From a virus (Duplodnaviria > Caudoviricetes), in IMG/VR virus record IMGVR_UViG_3300032220_000788, positions 1 through 27,029 of that record: a stretch of 27,029 nt of DNA, one strand, 5' to 3'. Below the pieces are notes generated by a model. That model did not search any database. It had not been told where the DNA came from and was given only the letters and a program-made list of their open reading frames with translations. The translations under genes were made by a program, and so were the position numbers. This document shows, piece after piece, positions 25,159 through 27,029 of this stretch; the stretch's first letter is position 1, and each line of letters begins with the position of its first letter.

Positions 25159-26826
25159 ATGAAATACGACTTATTACTTGAAAACTGGAATAAGTTTTTG
25201 CAGAACAACGAAAAAAGTGTTGTTCTAATTGACGAGCAAACGCAGACCCTAACTCCTGCTCAATTTGCAGCAAATATTGTAAATGTAGCAAAAAGCCCAG
25301 TTTCAAAAGCAGGCGCTGAACAGGAAACTAAAAAAATAGTATCCGATCCAAACAACACCAAACAACTTGGTGAGCTAATAAGAAATAATAACTTTTTTGG
25401 TGCTATTAAGTTTTTTGCACAAATCCTAAAAGGTGACGATGCAATTGAGTTAGCGAAAGTTGTAAATCTTTTATATCCTGCAAGCAAACAACCACTTAAA
25501 GGCCAAGTCTCCGAGGAACAAGTAAATCCAATTACATTTGCTTCTTCTGCTGCTCAAAGAGCATTAGTCAACATAGGCAATGGCGATTTAAAAGCAGGAT
25601 TAAACAAATTTACAGGTTATAGCGCGTTTATTGTTTTAGCTGGTATGATTTTAACCAATCTTATGGTTGCATGGCAAAATAAAGATACATCATCTGCCAG
25701 AGATGCACTAGAACTAATTCCACACTTAAAAAACTCTCTTTCTCTATCAAAGTCTGGTGATTTATTAAATTTCTTAACAGATACTTCATCTACTTTGACT
25801 ACAGAATCCAAAAAAAAGAAAAAAGGTGATAGATGCACAAGAATAGCCAAACGCAAGTATAAAGTTTGGCCTTCTGCCTATGCCTCTGGTGCTGTTGTAA
25901 AATGCCGACAAGGTAAGATTTGGAAAGGTATATCAGAAGATATGTCTGATGAACAAATCGATGATGCTTTGTTGCTTGAAGCTCTACAGGATATAGAACT
26001 TATTCAAGAAGAGTGGTCTGAAAAATATAAACGCTCAATTAACTGCAAGAATCCAAAAGGCTTTTCTCAACGTGCTCATTGCCAAGGGCGTAAAAAAAAA
26101 CTAAATGAAATAGCAGTATATCACGGATCAGCACAAGACTTTGATACTTTCAATCCAGAAAAAGCCCGTGAATTCGGTTTTCATTTTGGAACATTAGAAA
26201 GTGCAAAACATAGAAATCCAGCGTTTGTTAAACAATACGAGATTGATATTAACAATCCATTAGAACTTGATGATGTTGGATTTTGGGAACCTGCTTCAAT
26301 ATTGGAGAACATGGTTGCCAATGGATATATTGAAAAAGCACAACAGCAAGATTTGTTACAACAAATAAATTCACAAGCTATTAAAAATGCTAAAGCTTCT
26401 GGAACTTCTTTGAGATATGAAAAGAACGAAATATTAAAATCAAAACTTGAAGAAATGAACTATGATGGTATAATTTATGAAAATCGTGGTGAATCTGGCG
26501 ATACTGCTTATATTGTATTCAGACCAGAACAAGCACAATTGATTCAAACTTTGGAAGAAGCAAAAAAGAAAAGAGCATACAAGCCAAACTTTTCAAGAGA
26601 AAAGAAGCAAGGACTTCACGGATGGTTTGCAAGAAATAAAGGCAAAGGCTGGATAAATTGCAGAACTGGTGGTCCATGTGGCAGAAGCGACGCAGATAGC
26701 GGTGGTAAATATCCAGCTTGTAGACCAACAAAAGCGCAATGCAAGTCTGCTGGAAAGGGACCATTAAGAAAGAAAAAATCATCCAAGCCCATATCTTGGA
26801 CAAAGAAAAAGAAAAAGGAAGACTAA
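25159..26826 (+). CDS. Multi-module protein with an ADP-ribosyltransferase-like (ART-PolyVal-like) domain and three basic Cys-containing modules
   Basis: LLENWNKFL start; WPSAYASGAVVKC; WSEKYKRSINCKNPKGFSQRAHC; VYHGS..FGFHFG..YDGIIY..YIVFRPEQ; GWINC..GGPCGR..KYPACRP. Confidence 0.65.
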   Translation: MKYDLLLENWNKFLQNNEKSVVLIDEQTQTLTPAQFAANIVNVAKSPVSKAGAEQETKKIVSDPNNTKQLGELIRNNNFFGAIKFFAQILKGDDAIELAKVVNLLYPASKQPLKGQVSEEQVNPITFASSAAQRALVNIGNGDLKAGLNKFTGYSAFIVLAGMILTNLMVAWQNKDTSSARDALELIPHLKNSLSLSKSGDLLNFLTDTSSTLTTESKKKKKGDRCTRIAKRKYKVWPSAYASGAVVKCRQGKIWKGISEDMSDEQIDDALLLEALQDIELIQEEWSEKYKRSINCKNPKGFSQRAHCQGRKKKLNEIAVYHGSAQDFDTFNPEKAREFGFHFGTLESAKHRNPAFVKQYEIDINNPLELDDVGFWEPASILENMVANGYIEKAQQQDLLQQINSQAIKNAKASGTSLRYEKNEILKSKLEEMNYDGIIYENRGESGDTAYIVFRPEQAQLIQTLEEAKKKRAYKPNFSREKKQGLHGWFARNKGKGWINCRTGGPCGRSDADSGGKYPACRPTKAQCKSAGKGPLRKKKSSKPISWTKKKKKED

Positions 26827-26829
26827 AAA

Positions 26830-27029
26830 ATGAGCGATTATTCATCTTTTAAACAACAACAACTATTAACTGAAAATTGGCGTAATTATCTTGAAGAAGA
26901 ACAAACAGAATACGATGACGCTCATTTAGATGATGGTACTCTTGTATGTGCTGCTTGTTTAGAGGAATTGTTAGAAGGTCAAACTATAACTATTCAAGAA
27001 GCAAAATATCAAGGTCGTTCTGTAACTCT
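26830..27029 (+). CDS. Hypothetical protein, partial (runs off the window)
   Basis: MSDYSSFKQQQLLTENWRNYLEEE...IQEAKYQGRSVT; shares the LxENWxx(F/Y)L motif with the preceding ORF. Confidence 0.7.
   Translation, partial: MSDYSSFKQQQLLTENWRNYLEEEQTEYDDAHLDDGTLVCAACLEELLEGQTITIQEAKYQGRSVT

Noticed and set aside
25810-26100. A8 and A9 homopolymers as possible slippage sites
   Set aside because: Both are in-frame Lys runs, and the ORF continues through coherent modules.
1-27029. Stop-codon reassignment, introns/inteins, CRISPR arrays, tRNA genes
   Set aside because: Genes tile densely under the standard code and TAA, TAG and TGA all end genes. RecA and PolA show no insertions, intergenic gaps are short, and I saw no spaced repeats or cloverleafs.

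Overview
AT-rich, gene-dense segment of a large contractile-tailed (myovirus-like, distantly T4-related) phage; all credible genes are on the + strand. The first ~15.7 kb is a virion module: end of the major capsid protein, neck, tail terminator, sheath, two tube paralogues, a gp26-like chaperone with a probable frameshift extension, tape measure and baseplate genes. The rest is a replication/accessory module: a compact PolA-like protein, ferritin-like protein, DUF5661-phosphatase fusion, Nudix hydrolase, degenerate tubulin-like protein, gp32-like SSB, RecA/UvsX, deaminase, 5'-3' exonuclease, and modular proteins that look like protease-processed head cargo. Two promoter classes are visible: a recurring (A/T)CTAWWTA motif before structural and cargo genes, and sigma70-type promoters before replication/early genes. 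The most notable signals are (i) sigma70 promoters built inside RNA hairpins, (ii) Glu-delimited cargo polyproteins, (iii) a +1/-2 slippery U7 site before the tape measure gene, (iv) a deaminase with sharply different codon usage and (v) apparent CCWGG avoidance. All family assignments come from motif recognition by eye; no database searches were run.
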